The position numbers and the translations under genes were made by a program. A stretch of DNA of 40,423 nucleotides from an uncultured bacterium (GTDB lineage Bacteria > UBP4 > UBA4092). The notes beneath the pieces are model-generated. The model did no database searches. It worked only from the letters and a program-made list of their open reading frames with translations, and was not told where the DNA came from. The stretch's first letter is position 1; the number at the start of each line of letters is the position of its first letter. This document shows positions 39,300 through 40,423 of this stretch, in pieces. The stretch spans positions 62,001 through 102,423 of the forward strand of contig CAZXWN010000009.1 in the NCBI GenBank assembly GCA_964644695.1, given 5' to 3'.

Positions 39300-39415
39300 T
39301 ATACAATGTTTTAGGAAAAATGTTTGTCGCCCGATAAACAATGTTCTTAAAACACTTTGTTCTCCCTCAACAACCCGAGTCCAATCCCAAAATAATGGAC
39401 TCGGGATTTTTTTAT
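39300..39415 (+). ncRNA. Candidate small RNA or attenuated leader (about 115 nt)
   Basis: Promoter upstream, long bulged hairpin 39314-39351, CU-rich linker, terminator CCCGAGTCCA/TGGACTCGGG followed by ATTTTTTT; no convincing ORF. Confidence 0.45.
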
Positions 39416-39629
39416 CTATTATCTTCTATTGTTAACAGCATTAAGGAACTTTTGGGGAAATCCCTTGGTTATAAAAGATAATAAGGTTAAACAATAAGGC
39501 GCAATAAAGCAGATAAGCATTTGAATATTAGGTAAATAGGTAAATAAGTGCCGGATGTCGAAGGAAGCGGGTCTGGGTCAGAATCAGCCCCAAAAGAAAG
39601 AAAGACATAGAACGAAAGGAGAAACCCCG

Positions 39630-40253
39630 ATGAGTGAAAGTAACAAATACCACCAAATCGCAGCGAAAGAGTTCAGTCCATCAATTTACAACCTTGACGG
39701 GATCTCAAAAGCCTCTGTTGAAGAGCACTTGAAGCTTTATAAGGGCTATGTCAATAAATACAACGAAATCATGCAAAAATTGGCCGGTGTGGATAAATCG
39801 ACAGCCAATCAGGTTTACAGTGACCTTCGTTCCTTAAAAGTGGATTTATCCTTTGCCATAGGTGGGGTAAAAAACCATGAGATTTACTTCTCCCACCTGG
39901 GTGGCGGGAGTAAAAAGCCCGAAGGAACTCTGTCGGAAGCAATCGAGAAGAATTTTGGAAGTTATGAGGCCTATCTGACTGACCTGAAACAGTCTGGAAT
40001 GGCAGCGCGTGGGTGGGTATGGACTGCATTAGACCTGGATTATGGGTATCTCTTTAATTATCTGGGTGATGCACAAAACACCTTCCCCGTATGGAATGCC
40101 GTTCCGATCCTGGCCCTGGATGTATATGAACATGCCTATTTTCAGGATTATGGCACCGTGAGGGCCAATTACATTGATGCCTTCATACGAAATGTGAACT
40201 GGGATGAGATTCAGAAGAACTATGATATTGCCCAGTCGCGTTTGAAAACTTAA
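39630..40253 (+). CDS. sod: Fe/Mn superoxide dismutase
   Basis: Metal ligands EEH, NHEIYF, DVYEHAY; GWVW; AAAGGAG RBS favours ATG 39630. Confidence 0.92.
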   Translation: MSESNKYHQIAAKEFSPSIYNLDGISKASVEEHLKLYKGYVNKYNEIMQKLAGVDKSTANQVYSDLRSLKVDLSFAIGGVKNHEIYFSHLGGGSKKPEGTLSEAIEKNFGSYEAYLTDLKQSGMAARGWVWTALDLDYGYLFNYLGDAQNTFPVWNAVPILALDVYEHAYFQDYGTVRANYIDAFIRNVNWDEIQKNYDIAQSRLKT

Positions 40254-40333
40254 TCAGTCTCCCCCGACAAGACTTCCCCAGTCTTGTCTTCGTATCGGCT
40301 CCCCCAAGATAACCGATACACAAACCCTTCTGT

Positions 40334-40371
40334 GGCGCATCGTCCCTTCCCAAGCGGTGCGCCTTTTTTTT
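40334..40371 (+). terminator. Intrinsic terminator after sod
   Basis: GGCGCATCG/CGGTGCGCC stem followed by T8. Confidence 0.85.
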
Positions 40372-40385
40372 GTCCCTTGTCGCAA

Positions 40386-40423
40386 CGAACCATTTACGGA
40401 GCTGCTCCGAGCTAGTCCGTGGA
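40386..40423. repeat. 45-bp palindromic intergenic repeat, copy 4 (cut by the window end)
   Basis: CGAACCATTTACGGAG-CTGCTCCGAGCTA-GTCCGTGGA... Confidence 0.8.

Noticed and set aside
39469..39484. PerR/Fur-like box TTATAAAAGATAATAA upstream of sod
   Set aside because: Imperfect symmetry in very AT-rich DNA; not distinguishable from background by eye
2671..40423. 45-bp repeats as a CRISPR array
   Set aside because: Copies are 9-17 kb apart and degenerate, with no spacers and no cas genes

Overview
Chromosomal window from a diderm, LPS-making bacterium (bamA-skp-lpxD-lpxC/fabZ), probably a poorly characterised lineage; I cannot assign taxonomy from this sequence. From left to right: a partial secreted PKD-like protein missing from the ORF track, pgl, a YtrA(GntR)-ABC ATPase operon with three tandem paralogous membrane subunits, the outer-membrane/lipid A cluster, a leuB-like dehydrogenase, a small membrane protein, a large beta-propeller surface protein, RNase P RNA, gdx/sugE, a secreted GHL10-type hydrolase, an AlkZ-related protein, a PilM-PilN fusion/PilO/PilP-like/secretin operon, hppA, a pilin-like lipoprotein, a degenerate PAS-GGDEF protein, a nuclease-DinG/XPD helicase, two paralogous TlpA fusion proteins (one split by an artefactual N-gap) and Fe/Mn-SOD. 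No CRISPR array, tRNA, rRNA, transposase or integrase was seen. The best leads are non-coding or structural: a 45-bp palindromic intergenic repeat in four copies, two candidate UCCC-displaying small RNAs flanking sod, the triplicated permeases (two of which have conserved ends and divergent middles), and a T4P/T2SS hybrid secretin module with candidate partner genes nearby. All domain calls come from motif recognition by eye, not from database searches.
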